DNA of 64,000 nt from the human T2T-CHM13v2.0 reference genome, Homo sapiens, in NCBI RefSeq assembly GCF_009914755.1, contig NC_060925.1; one strand, 5' to 3'. Positions within the stretch are counted from its first letter, which is position 1. Every line of letters begins with the position of its first letter. The translations under genes were made by a program, and so were the position numbers. Shown piece after piece: positions 1-64,000 of this stretch. Below the pieces are notes generated by a model that was given only the letters and a program-made list of their open reading frames with translations, was not told the DNA's origin and ran no database searches.

Positions 1-261
1 AGGGTTGGTATCTCCTGAGGTTCCTCTCCTTGGCTTGTGAATGGCTCTCTCTCATTGTGTCTTCACATGATCTTCCCTCCATGTGTGCCTGTATCCTAAT
101 TTCCTCTTCTTATAAGAACACCAGGCATATTGGATTGGGGTTCACACTAAGGAACCCTATTTTAATTCAATTATCTTTTACAGACCCTATCTCCAAATAT
201 AGTCGCATTCTGAGGAATTCAGCATATTTATTTGGGGGTAAACACAATTCAGCCCATAACA
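1..261 (-). mobile_element. MaLR LTR fragment (MLT1A/B-like)
   Basis: Reverse complement begins TGTTATGGGCTGAATTGTG, a typical MLT1 terminus. Confidence 0.7.
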
Positions 262-560
262 GCCAGGTATATGTATTCCATTTTTTTCCTCACATTCTGT
301 GAGTTGCACCCTTCACTCTTAATGGTATCTTTTTGATGAACAGAGTTCTTAATTTTAACATAGTCAAATTCATTATGTTTTTATGGTTAGAAAGTTTTGT
401 GCCCTGTTTTTTTAAAAAAGTCAACCTATCCCAAGGTCTCGAAGACCTATTTTTTCTCCTCTAAAAGTTTTATTGTTTTTCTTTCACATTTAAATCAGTC
501 ATCTATTTGCAAATAAGTTTTGTGTACAGTGTGAGGTCAGAGTTGACATACAATTTTTTC

Positions 561-880
<320 letters not shown>

Positions 881-1429
881 CTAGCAGCATTTATTGAAAG
901 ACTGTCCGTTTTCCAACTGCATGGCACTTCACCTTTGTCAGAAATCAATGACTGTATTATTTGTAGGTGTATTTCTGGACTCTAGTCCATTCCACTGGTT
1001 AATGTGTCTATCCTTATGCCTACATCACGTTCTTATTATCTACTGTTTAATAACAGGTCTTGATATCTAGTAAAGTAGGTTGCCCAATATGTTTTTCTTC
1101 AAGTTTGCCCTGACTACCCTGTCCTTTTGAATTTTCATATGAATTTTATAATTAGCTGGTTATTTCAGAAAAAAAAATGACAACAACAACAAAACCCTGC
1201 TGAAATTGGGATGACACTGAATATAAAGATTAATTTGGGGAGAACTGACATCTTTATAATATTAAACTTTTCAGTTCTTGAAACGGTATCTTAATTAAGT
1301 ATGTTTTCCCTAATTTCCCTTAAACAATGATTTTTAGTTTTCATGTAGTGGTCTTGAGCATCTTTTGTTATTCTATTACAAGGTTGATATTTTATACTAC
1401 TGTAAATGCTGTTTTAGAATTATAATTTT

Positions 1430-7582
<6,153 letters not shown>

Positions 7583-8472
7583 AATTATAATTTATCCTTT
7601 TTGCTGGTATACAGGAATACAATGGACTTTTAAATTTCTTAATTAAATTATAATTCATACCATACCATTCACATTTTTAAACTGTACAATTCAGTGGGTT
7701 TTTAGTATATTCCCAAGGTTGTGCAACAGTCATCATATAATTCCAGAACACTGACATCACCATACATACAAAAAACCCACCATATAACTATTATTAGTCA
7801 TTCCTCATTTATTCCTGCCCTCAACCCCTGACAACCACTAATCTACTTTATGTCTCTATAGATTTACCTGTTCTAGACACTTCATATAAATTGAACCATA
7901 CAATATCTGGTCTTCTGTGACTAGCTTCTATCTAGCATGTTTTCAAGGCTCATCCGTGCTGTAGCATGCATCAGTAGTTTTTCTTTTTGGCTGAATAATA
8001 TTCCATTGTATGGATATACCACATTTTGCTTATCTATTCATCAGTTGATAGATATTTGGGTTGTTTCCAGTTTGGGCTATTATAAATAATGCAGCTATAT
8101 ACATTCATGTCTAAGTTTTTGTATGAATATGTTTTCAATTCTTTTGGATATACACCTAGGAGTACAATTGCTGTATCATATGTTAATTCTATGTTAAATT
8201 TCTTGAGGAAATACCAACTGTTTTTCAAAGCAGTGCACAATTTTACATTCCCACTAGCAGTGTATGAGGGTTCCAGTTTCTCCATATCCTTATCAACACA
8301 TGTTATTGTCCATCATTTTGACTAAAGCCACCCTACTGAGTGGGAAGTGGTATCTTACTGTGGTTTTGGTTTGCATTTCTGCATTGACTAACAATGTAGA
8401 GCATCTTTTCATATGTGTGTTGACCATTTGTATCACTTCTTTGGAAAATGTCTATGCAGATCCCTTGACTAG

Positions 8473-8784
<312 letters not shown>

Positions 8785-9087
8785 CCTTGACTAGTTTTAA
8801 TTGGGCTATTTGTCTTTTTACTGTTGAAGTGTAAGATTTCTTTATATATACTCAATACAAGTTAGTTATCAGATATATATGATTTGCAAGTATTTTCTCC
8901 CATTCCGTGGGTTGTCTTTTCACTTTCTGAATAGTGTCCTCTGAAGCACAAAAGTTTTCATCTTAAGTCCAATTCATCTATTTTTTCTTTGGTTACTTGA
9001 GCTTTATATGTCATACCTAAGAAACTGTTGCCTTGTACAAGGTAATGAATGAAGATATACACCTATGTTTTCTTTTAAGTTTTATAG

Positions 9088-9411
<324 letters not shown>

Positions 9412-10181
9412 TAGTTTTAAGTTTTACCTTTAGGTCTTTGATTCATTTTGAGTTAATTTTTGTATATGGTATGAGGTAGGAGTCCAAATTCATCCTTTTG
9501 CATGTGTCTATGCAGTTGCCCAGCCCTATTACTTGAAAAATTATTTTCAAATTCTTTTACCATCAAATTGTTTTGGCATCCTTGTCAAAAATAAACTGGC
9601 AGAGAGGTAAAGGTTTATTTCTACACTCTCAGTTGTATTCCATTGATCTTTATGTCTATTATTATGACAGCACCACCTTGTCTTAATCACTGCAGCTTTG
9701 TAACAAGTTTTGAAACCAAGAATTGTGAGTCCTCTACCTTCCTTCTTTTTCTTTTCAAGGTTGGCTTAGCTATTCTGGGTCCCTTGTATTTCCACGTGAA
9801 TTTTAGGATCAGCCTGTGAATTTCTGCAAAAACTACAGCTAGGATTTTGATACAGACTTTGTTGAATTTATGAATTAATATGAGAAGTGCTGCCATCTTA
9901 ACAATATTGACTTTCAATCCACGAACATAAAATATTTTTCAATTTATTTAGAACTTCTTTAATTTATTTCAATGGTGTTTTGTAGTTTTCAGTGTTCACT
10001 TCTTACACTTTTTTGTTCAATTTATTCCTAAGTATTTTATTCTTTTTGATGCTATTGTACAATTGTTTTTTATATTGACTGCATTCAGTGATATTTCTAA
10101 ACATATTAATTCCAACAGCATGTCTATAGAGTCTTTTGGATTTTCTCTATAAATAATCATGTTGCTTAGAAATAATGACAA

Positions 10182-10493
10182 TTTATTTATTTCTTTTTTT
10201 TTCTTTTTTTTGAGACAAGGTCTCACTCTGTTGCCCAGGCTGGAGTGGAGTGGTGTAATCATAGCTCACTGTAACTTCGAACACCTGGACTCAAGTGATC
10301 TTCCCATTTCAGCCTCCAGAGGAGCTGGGTCTACAGGCAAGCACCACCACACCTGGCTACTTTTTTCTATTTTTGTAAAGATGGAGTTTCACACTGTTGC
10401 CCAGGCTTGTCTTGAACTCCTGGACTCAAGTGATCCTCCTACCTCGGCCTCCCAAAGTTCTGGGATTATAGGTATGAGCCACTGCACCCAGCC
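10182..10493 (-). mobile_element. AluJ
   Basis: Diverged Alu dimer with J-type positions. Confidence 0.88.
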
Positions 10494-10678
10494 CCCTTTT
10501 TGCTTTTTTAAAGTATTATTATATTACTAAGACTTCCAGCACAATGTCGAATAGAAATAATAACACAGAGCATTCTTGTAACATTCTCCAACTCAATAGG
10601 AAAGTGTTTAATATTTTACTATCGAGTATGACATTTGCTATAGTTTTTGTAGATATTCTTTATATTTAAGAAGTTCCA

Positions 10679-10982
<304 letters not shown>

Positions 10983-12055
10983 AAGAAGTTCCCTTCTATT
11001 TCTAGTTTGCTAAGAGTTTTTTTAAATCATAAATGAGTACTGAATTTTGTCAAACTTTTTTGACACCTATCAAGAGGATCAAATCATTTTCTCCTTTTTC
11101 TCTGTTAACATAGTGAATTATATTGATCTACTTTTGAATGGTAAGCCTCTCCTGCATACATGCAATAAACCATACTTAATTGTGCTTTTAAAAAATATGG
11201 CCAAATTCAGCTTGTGAATATTTCATTAAAGACTTTTGGATCTATGTTCATGAGATATGTTGCTAAATAATTTCCCTTTCTTTTTAATGTCCTTGTCAGG
11301 TTTTGACACACTGGCCTCATTAAAAAAACAAAACATTAGAAAATATTCTCTTTTTTTCTGTTCTCTGGAAAAGTTTAGGTAAGTTTGATATTATTTCTTC
11401 TTAATTAAGAAAAATTAACAGTGAAGTCATCCATGCCTCAAGTTTTCTTTGTGGAAAAATTTTTACTAACAATTGCTTCAATTTCATTACTAGTATCAGA
11501 CTACTCAGATTTTATTTTCTTCTGTCAGTTTTGGTAAGCTTTGCTTCTCAATAAATATTCTCATTTTAACCCAAACTATGTCAAATTTATCATTATAAAA
11601 TTGTTAATGTCTTGTTTTTGTGCTTTTGAATATCTTCAGTAACTTTTTGATATACAATGTAATATCCTCTTCTTCATTCTTGATATTGTTACTTGTGTTT
11701 TCTTTCTTTCTCTTGATCAGTCTTCATTCATAGAGGGTTCTTAATTTTATTTATCTTTTCTAAGAACCAAATCTCAGCTTTGTTGATTTTTCTCTGTTGT
11801 ATATTTACATCCTATGTATCGCTGATTTCTGTTTTTCTCTTGTTACATTATTATGTTTGATATGGTATACTCTTGAGATGCAAGCTTGTATTTTTTTGCT
11901 TTGCATTTTATTTCCACATATATTTTAAACTCTGTAAGTCATTTCAATTACTGTTTTACATAGTCTACTTATATTTAGTCATATAGTTATCCTTTCTACT
12001 CTTCTTCATTCCCCCCAGCATGTCCATGTTTTCATCTGTGATCATTTTCCTCTAA

Positions 12056-12379
<324 letters not shown>

Positions 12380-13159
12380 TTAGTATTCATTTTAATTCAG
12401 GCTGATAAATATACTAGTAGTGATAAAGTCATTTAGTTATTTTCTTTCTCTTTCTTCCTCTTTCTTTCTCTTCTTTCTCTTCTTTCTTTTTTCACTTTCA
12501 TCATGAAGGATATTTTCCACTGGGCAGAAACCTAGGTTGGTAGCATTTTGAATATGACATTCCATTGTCTTCTGTTTTCCATCATTATTGTTGAGAAGTT
12601 AGCTGTCAGTTTCACTGTTGTTATTTTGAAGGTAATGCATAAATGATGTGTCTAATTTTAACATTTTCAGCAGTTTTGCTACAATATGTCCAGGTGTGGT
12701 TTTCCCTGTATTTGCCTCTGTTTGGGGTTTACCAAAATTCTAAATCTGTTGGTTGGTGTCTTTTATTATTTTGAAATGGACTCTGCCATTGTCTCTTTGA
12801 ATGTTAATTTTGTCCCATTCTCTCTCTACTCTGCTTCTGGGACTTTAATTATGCATATGTTAGACCTTTTTTTGAGTATTATATTCCTTTGTGTTCTTTC
12901 CATTCTCTTATCTCTGGGCTTCAATTTAGATATTTTCTACTGATATGTCTCAAAGCCCACAAATCCTATATTTGGTTATATTGAATCTAATGTTAAGCCT
13001 ACCCAACTAGCTCTTCATTTCAGATATCGCATTTTTAATTCTAGAAAGTCCATTTAAATCTCTTTATAGATTTTAATTATCTGGTAAAACTTTCCATCTT
13101 TTCATGCATTTACCTATTTTTTCTATATTTTCTTTAAAATATTCATAATTATTTTATAC

Positions 13160-13328
13160 TTTTTTTAAAGAGATGTGGTCTTGTTATGTGGTCCAGGCTG
13201 GAGTGCAGTGGTAAATTCACAGACATGATCATAGTGCACTACAGCCTCAAACTCCTGGGCTCAAGAAATCCTCCTGCCTTAGCCTCCTGAATATCTAGGA
13301 CTACCAGTGTGTGTCACCATGTCTGGCT
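13160..13328 (-). mobile_element. FAM (fossil Alu monomer)
   Basis: Single monomer retaining the 7SL-derived segment (reverse complement GTAGTGCACTATGATCATGTCTGTGAATTTACCACTGCACTCCAG) that dimeric Alus lack. Confidence 0.75.
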
Positions 13329-15173
13329 TGTTTCTTGACACAGTTGATTATCAGTCATATGGTCTTATCTCTTTGTGGGCCTCACAATTTTTTTATCATA
13401 TGACAGACACTGTGTCTGTGGTTTCCAGATTACATTTCACCAGAAGAAGTTTCCCTTTCCCTCTGTCAGGCAAACATGGTGAGTGGCTGATCATGTAAAC
13501 CCCTTTACAGGGCATGGTCTACCTAGCCTTTTTATTAAGAATTTAGTTCCTTTAGTCCTTAGTGCTTCCACAAATCTCTGATGCCCTAAAAATTATAATT
13601 TTATAAGGTATGAAGGTTTTCATAGTTGTAGCTGTGGAAGCACTGGCCTACCACAAAACTATATCCTACCCAGAAATGGAAGCTCTTTTGTGTTCTTCAA
13701 AAGGAAGAAGATGAAGGCTCATGAGCTCACAGAATAGTTCTAAATGCGTTCTTCCTGTCACTACTCACTGCAGTTACTATTTATCATAATTGCCAATACT
13801 ATTCAGAGAGCATGTCTAATCATGCTGCTGCTCTCAAATTCCCCAGTGTCTGTTAACTGCTCCCCTTATGGGGTCAAAAGGGTGAAAAGAGGACCAACTG
13901 AATAAGAAAGAGCTGTAAGGTAGACTTCCTATGCTGCAAGTGTTTATATATTTAGTGCTTGTTTTGTAGATTTAGTTACAGAGCCATGTAAATGTTTTAC
14001 ATTATTATAAAACAAAATTAATTTTTGAAAGCTAGTCCTAAAAATATAAAATAAAATGAAACAAATGAAAGTATATGTATCCAGAGTGGCATGGCCACAT
14101 ACAGAGGATCTATTCCAAGTGATTTTTAAACACATTAATTTTACTATTGAGATACAGTCTAAGATAGTAAGATACAGCCTAAGAACAAAAATATCTGCAA
14201 AATAATTCTCAAATTTTATGATCATATTAAGAGTGATAGTCTGATGCTGCTATTCTCAGACTGTTTATTGTGTGTATAATGTATATAAAGGATAGAAAAT
14301 TAGTGATACTCTATTATTTTTGAGCCATTGAGAACCAAGTTTCTCAGCATGATAGAAGGCATATATAGATAATTGAGTTTAAGGATAAATTCTGCATCTC
14401 TGAATTTGATAAGTATGAATTCATGATGTCTTTTAAGACAAAAAATAATCACATAATACTTACCTCTATGCATGAAAAAATCTAAGAGACCATAATCACT
14501 CAATGGCAACGAGCTCCTCTAGGACACAGATTGTGATCTCTGAAAACTACTATCATTTAAAAAAAAAGGCTTCTTGGACAAAGGGTTTATTATGTTTGGG
14601 ACTGAAGCTGGAGATATACGAGATAAGCCTAGAACAGCATATTACTCTGCATAGCAAAGAAGCTGTCAAATCTACTAGAAATACTCAAAAGGACTCAGGA
14701 GTTAATCTGGTATATCTAGATGGTATGAAGATGATAATACATCTACAATATTTATGAGACAATTTGAACCCTGACTTAATATTGGATAATATTAGTTTTT
14801 ATGTGTAAAAGTAATGTAGTTTAAAAAAATCTTTACCATTTAGATAGAGTTATAATGAAACATTTACAGAGGAAATAATACGATATCTAAAATTTTCTTC
14901 AAAATATGGATGGAAAAAAAAACTAGAGAGGTATAGATGAAACAGTAGCAGCCATGAATTGATCACTGTTTAAAGTGGATAATGAGTAAATGAAAATTCA
15001 TCTTACACTTCTATCTACTTTTGTATATGTTTGAAAAATTCCCATAATAAAAAATAATAATTCATTTTCACTCTGATTTGCCTTAACAAATCTGTTGATT
15101 CTTGTACATCACTTGATCTCCCCTGACAATGGCTATAACAATGGCATAAGTATGGAAAAGGAAAAACGTATAC

Positions 15174-17747
<2,574 letters not shown>

Positions 17748-17973
17748 TATACCAAAAGATGAATAAAAAAATTTGTCCCCCAACCATTACCCCAATTTGA
17801 CAAATACTAACTTGAAGAATCTCTACTATATACTATTAATGAAATTACTATGAAGCTTAAATATCTTATTCCAGAGTATCCTCAATCTGAGTGTTGCAGT
17901 ACTATAACACTGATACTCCTTCCTAGCCATATCTTTGCTTTAATATAAAATAGGAATTAATACAGCTATTTAC

Positions 17974-57782
<39,809 letters not shown>

Positions 57783-60700
57783 CTGTAATAGAAATATATC
57801 AGCTGTTACTATTAATATTTCATCAATAATTGGCACCTTTCATCTATATGTGAAAATGCTATTCAAAAATTATCTCTAAACCTACCTCTCAGTTTTGAAT
57901 CTCTTACGGAATATGCATACTTCTGTAACCTATTTAAAAATACCATAAAATTATTGAGTTACTCCCAGTAACATTAGAGAACTCTGAAACAGTTTATTAT
58001 TTTAAAACTTAGAGATATCAAAAAATTTTCACAATATCATTATCTGAAAACTATTTTAAGAAGTAGAAAATATCCAACTTTCATATTCAAAAGTCCCTAA
58101 ACTTATGAGCTACAATATTAAAGCTCACTTTTAAACCAAGAATTTGGAAAACTCACTTTCCCCAAGAAAACAACATAATTGGTGATTAACAAGTCAGTAT
58201 AAAAGTCTACTCTCATAATTTGCCTAAAAAAAATTATAAGAAGTAACCATTTCTAAAACTACTATATTACTAGTAAATAAGCCAAAAAAAAAAAAAAAAA
58301 AACATGGAAATAAACCATAGTGTTTCCAGTGCTCTGAGACATGGCATTTAAAAAAACTAGGTTAGGAGGAAGCAAGATGGTCAACTAGAGATGCCTAATG
58401 CTCATCTTCCCCACAAAAAAGAGCAAAACAATGAATAAACAACTAACTACATTTTGAACAGAATGACTAAAGGAAAGTGCCTCTCTATAAATTTGAAAGA
58501 GGTGATTATTCCACTAGTTGTGCAGACATCAATAGAGGGACACAGGAAACATAAAAAAAAAAAAAAACCAACCAAAAAACCAGGAAATACACCACCAACA
58601 AAGGAACGCAATAATTCTCCAGTAACTGATTCCAAAAAACAGAAATTTGTAAACTGTCTGAAAAGGAGTTCAAAGTAATGATCCTAAGAAAACTCACTGA
58701 GATACAAGAGAATACAGATAGACAGGTCAATGAAATCAGGAAAACAATTCATTATCTGCATAAGAAAGTTATTCAAAAAGAACCAAACAGAAATCTTGGA
58801 GCTAAAGAATTAAATGAATGAAATCAAAAATAGAGAGCTTCAACAGCAAACCAAAACAAGCAGAAGAAAGAATCTGTGAAATGAAGTTAGGTTTCTGAAA
58901 TAGCCTAGTCAGAGGGAAAAAAAAGAAAGAGAAAAGAACAAAAAAGAGTGAACAAAGCCTATAGGACTTATGGGACACCATTAAGCAAACAAGTATTCAT
59001 ATTATGGAGGTTCCAGAAGGAGAAGAATGAGGAAAAGGCATAGAAAGTTTATTTAACAAAATAATTGCTGAAAACTTCCCAAGTCTTGGGAGAGACATGG
59101 ACATCCAGTTCCATGAATCTCAAAATCACCAAACACGTTCAAACCCAAAAAGGTCCTCACTGAGGCACATTATAACCAAAATGTGGAAAGTCAAAGACAA
59201 AGAGAGAATTTTAAAAGTAGCAAGAGAAAAGTGTCAAGTGATTTATAGGGGAATCTCCATTAGACTATCAGTGTTTCTCAGCAGAAACCTTGCAGGCCAG
59301 GAGAGCATGAGATGATACATTCAAAGTCCTGAAAGAAGACAATATTGCCAGTAAACAATACTATACAAAGCAAAGCTGTTCATCAGAAATGAGGAGAAAT
59401 AAAGTCTCAGCCAGATAAATAAAAGCTGAAGAAATTCACCACTAGACCTGCCTTATAAGAAATGATTAAAGCAGTTCTTCTACCAGATACAAAAGAATGA
59501 TAATTAGTATCATGAAAACATATGAAAGCATAAAACACACTGGTAGAGGTAAATACACAGTCAAATTCAGAATGTGCCACCACTGTAATGGTGGTGTGCA
59601 AATCTTTCAAATCTCTATTATGAAGGTGAAAAATCAAAATAGTCAAAAATACAGCTACAATGAGTTGTTAAGGAATACTGAATATAAAAAGATGTAAACT
59701 GTGTCAACAAACATAAATTGTGGGGGGAGGGCAAAAATCTAGAGTATTTGTATGTGACTGAAGTTCAGTTTAAAATAGTCTATTATAACTATAAGATATT
59801 TTACGTAAGCCTTGTGGTAACTGCAAAGCAAGAAGCTACAGAAGATACAGATGAGAAAGAGAAAGGAATCAAAGCTTAGCGCTACAGAAAAACAACAAAT
59901 CACAAACTTATACAACAAGAGGAAGAAAGGAACAACTGATCTACCAAGCAACCAGAAAACAATTAAAATGGCAGGAGTAAGTCCTTATCTATCAATAATA
60001 ACCCTGAAGGCAAATGAATTAAATTCTCCAATCAAGACATATAGTGTCTAAATTGATAGAAGAAAAAAAAAAAACCAAGATCCAACTATATGCTGCCTAC
60101 CAGAGATCCATCTTAGCTATAAGGACACCGGCTGAAAGTTAAGGGGTAAAAGAAAATATTCTACATAAATAGTAACCAAAAGAGAGCAGGGTGGCTATTC
60201 TTACATCAGTTAAAATGACTTTAAGTCAAAAACTGTTACAAGAGGCAAAGAAGGTCATAATTTAACGACAAAGGGGTCAATTCATCAAGAGCACATAAGA
60301 ATTGTAAATATATAAGCACCCAACACTGAAGCATAACATATATATAAAACATTATTAAAGGACATGAAGAGAGAAATAGACAACAATACAATAATAGGAG
60401 GGGTCTTCAATATCCCACTTTCAATAATGATAGATTAACCAGACCGAAAGTTAACAAAGAAATACTGGACTTGAATTGTACTTTGAGTCAAATGGACCTA
60501 ACAGACAAATATAGAACTTTGCATTCAATAGCAGCAGAATGTATACGCTTCTCTAGAGCATACGAAACATTCTACGGGACAGATCATACATTAAGCCACA
60601 AAACTAGATTTAACTATTTTTAATTAATCTAAATTCAAGACGATTGAAATCATATGTAGTATCATTTCTGACCACAACAATATGAAACTAGAAATCAATA

Positions 60701-60874
60701 ACAGGAAAAATCTTGAAAAAAATCACAAGTATGTGGAAACTAAACAACATGCTCCTAAACAATCAATGGTCAAAGAAACCAAAAGGGAAATTAAAAAATA
60801 TCTTGAGACAAGTAACAATGGAAAGACAACACACCAAAACCTATGAGATGCAGCAAAAGTGGTTCTAAGAGGAA

Positions 60875-61146
<272 letters not shown>

Positions 61147-62733
61147 TAAATAGACAGCCTAACATTATACCTACAGGAGCTAGCAAAAGAACAAACTAAA
61201 TGCAAAGTTAGCAGAAGAAAGGAAATAATAAAGATCAGAACAGAAATAAATCAAATAGAGATCCACCAAAAAAACATAGAAAATGATCAATAAAACCAAG
61301 ACTTGGTTCTTTGAAAAAATAAAATAAACAAATATCTAGCTAGACTAAGGAAAAAAAAAAGAAGAAACAAATAAAATAAAAAATGAAACTGGAGAAATCA
61401 CCAACAGATGCCTCAGAAATCAAAGAGATCATAAGGGGCTATTATGAACAATTATATATTAATACTAACAAATTGGATAACCTACAGGAAATGGACAAAC
61501 TCCTAGAAAAATACAACCTGCTAAGTTTGAATCAGGAAGAAATAGAAAGCTTAAACAGACCAATAACACATAATGAGATTGAAGTAGTAATGAAGAATCT
61601 TCCAACAAGGAAAAGCCCAGAACCAGACAGCATCACAACTGAATTCTACCAAACATTCAAAGAAGAATTACCACCAATACTTCATAAACTATTCCAAAAA
61701 ATACAGCTACAGGGAATACTTCCAAACATATTTTGTGAGGCTACTATCACGTTGATACCTAGGCCACATAAAGACACTACAAGAAAACTATAGGCTAGTA
61801 TCTCTGATGAATATTGATGCAAAAATCCTCAATAAAATATATGCAAACTGAATTCAACAACACATCAAAAAGGATTATACACCATGGCCAAGTGGATTTA
61901 TTCCTGGCAAGCAAGGCTGGTTTAATACATGCCAATCAACCACTGTGATATATCACATTAACAGAATGAAAGATAAAAAACACAAGACCATCTCAATTGG
62001 TGCAGAAAAAGCATTTGACAGCAAGTTCAACATCCTTTCTTGATAAAATCTCTTAACACGCAGGCATATAAGGAAAACTTCTCAACTAATGTAACAAAGG
62101 CCATTTATGAAAAGCCCACAGCCAACATCATAATCAATGGGGAACAACTGAAAGCTTTTCCACCAAGATACAGTACAAGGCAGGGATGCCCACTCTCACT
62201 GCTTCTATTCAACACAGTACTGGAAGTACTACCAAGAGCAATCAGATAAGAAAAAAATAAAAGGAATTCAAATTTGAAAGGAAGAAGTAAAACTATCTTT
62301 ATTTGCAGACAACATTATCTTACATGTAAAAAAACCTCAAAGATTCATTAAAAAACTGTTAGAACTAATAATTCAGTAAAGTTGCAGGATTCAAAATCCA
62401 TATACAGAGATTAGTAGCATTTTTAAACAAAAATAATAATTTAACTGAAAAAGAAATCTAGAAAACAATCCCAGTTATGACAGCATAAAAAAATAAAATG
62501 CTTAGGAATAAGTTTAATTAAGGAGGTAAAAGATCTGTACACTGAAAGCTATCAAACAATGGTGACAGAAATCCAAGACAAAAATAAATGGAAAGATATC
62601 CTGTGTTGATGGATTGAAAGAATTAATATTGTTAAAATGTCCATACTACCCAAAGAAGTACAGATTCAATACAATCCCTATCAAAATTCCAATGGCATCC
62701 TTCACAGAAATAGAAGAAAAAATCATAAAATTA

Positions 62734-62925
62734 ACTTTGGGATGCCGAGATGGGTGGATCACAAGGTCAGGAGATCAAGACTATCCTGGCTAACATGGTG
62801 AAACCCCATCTCTACTAAAAATACAAATGGTGTGAACCTGGGAGGCGGACCTTGCAGTGAGCCGAGATCGCGCCACTGCACTCCAGCCTGGGCAACAGAG
62901 CAAGACTCCATCTCAAAAAAAAAAA
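62734..62925 (+). mobile_element. AluY-like, 5'-truncated with an internal deletion
   Basis: CTAAAAATACAAA joined directly to TGGTGTGAACC; flanked by TCATAAAATTA. Confidence 0.82.
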
Positions 62926-63362
62926 TTTTTTTCATAAAATTAGTATGGAACCACAATAAACCCTGGATAGTGACAGCAAAACTGAGAAGGAAAAGAAAGT
63001 TGGAGCTACACACTTTCTGATTTAAAATTATACTACAAAGCTGGACTAACCAAAACAATATAGTACTTGCATAAAAACAGAAACACAGACCAATGGAACA
63101 GAACAGAGAGCCCAGAAATAAGTCCAAACATACACAGTCAACTAATTTTCCATTAGGGCACCAAAAAAAATGGGGAAACAATAGTTTCTTCTATAAATGA
63201 GGCTGGAAAAACAATTTCCATATCCAAAAGAATAAAATTGCACCCTTATACCATACACAAAAATCAACTCAAAAATTGACAAAAGATCTAAATGTAAGAC
63301 CTGAAATCATAAAACTCCCAGAAGAGAACATAGGGCAAAGCACCTTGATATTGGCCTTGGCA

Positions 63363-64000
63363 ATGCAGCACACCTGCTCTACCAAAAAAACAGTCAGACT
63401 GTTTCTTTGGGGGGGTCCCTGATCCTGTTCCACTGACTGGGTGAGACATCCCAACTGGGGTTTCCAGCCACCTCCTAAAGGTACATGCAGACTGGCAACA
63501 GGTCAGTACTCCCTGGGGATGGAGCTTCTAGAGGAAGTAGCTGGCTGTCATCTTTGCTGTTTCACAGTCTTCACTGGTGATATTTCCAGGTACGGGAGAA
63601 ACTGAGGCAACTAGGGTTTGGAGCAGATCCCCAGCAAACTGCGGCAGCTCTACAGTAGAGTGGCCTGTTAAAAGCAAAACAAACAGAAAACACCACCAAC
63701 AACAACAAAAAAGATCCCATAAAAACCTCATTCAAAGGTCAGCAACATCAAAGATCAAAGGTAGATAAGCCCACAAAGATGAGAAAGAGTCAACGTAAAA
63801 ACACTGAAAACTGAAAAAGCCATAGTGTCTCTTCTCCTAATGACTGTAACATTTCTCCAGCTAAGAACTGGGCTGGAGGCTGAGATGGCTGAATCGACAG
63901 AAGTAGGCTACAGAAGGTGGGTAATAACAAACTTCACTGAGCTAAAGGAGCATGTTATAACCTAATGCAAAAAAAGGTAAGAACCATGGTAAAACAGTAC
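63363..64000 (+). mobile_element. Second L1 (L1PA7-10-like) 5'UTR and ORF1 start, running off the window
   Basis: CATCTTTGCTGTTTCACAG...AAGGTAGATAAGCCCACAAAGATGAGAAAG. Confidence 0.78.

Overview
Primate (most likely human) genomic DNA lying entirely inside HFM1, the MER3-family meiotic helicase gene, which is on the minus strand. I assembled 16 consecutive GT-AG coding exons by hand (57782 down to 17974, 1662 nt, one open frame). They cover helicase motifs IVa/V/VI, the Sec63 region and the start of the C-terminal part. From recalled numbering these are exons 15-30 (c.1730-3391); the gene's 5' and 3' ends lie outside the window. The introns are dominated by retroelements: a full-length but inactive L1PA3/4 (1430-7582), a complete THE1A provirus (15174-17747), a near-full-length L1MA-type element (29467-38396) carrying a processed FEN1 pseudogene (32865-34891, antisense to HFM1), other older L1s, LTRs and about 20 Alus. 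I found no convincing novel gene system. The best leads are regulatory or mechanistic hypotheses: (1) an L1 ORF0 donor in phase with the downstream HFM1 exon; (2) antisense FEN1 sequence inside a meiotic pre-mRNA; (3) a tail-less fragment of a KRAB-ZNF first exon; (4) a templated-insertion scar in an LTR16; (5) DUX4-type motifs in a THE1A pointing antisense into HFM1 exons. Repeat subfamily names and exon numbers come from memory of consensus/reference sequences, not from searches.
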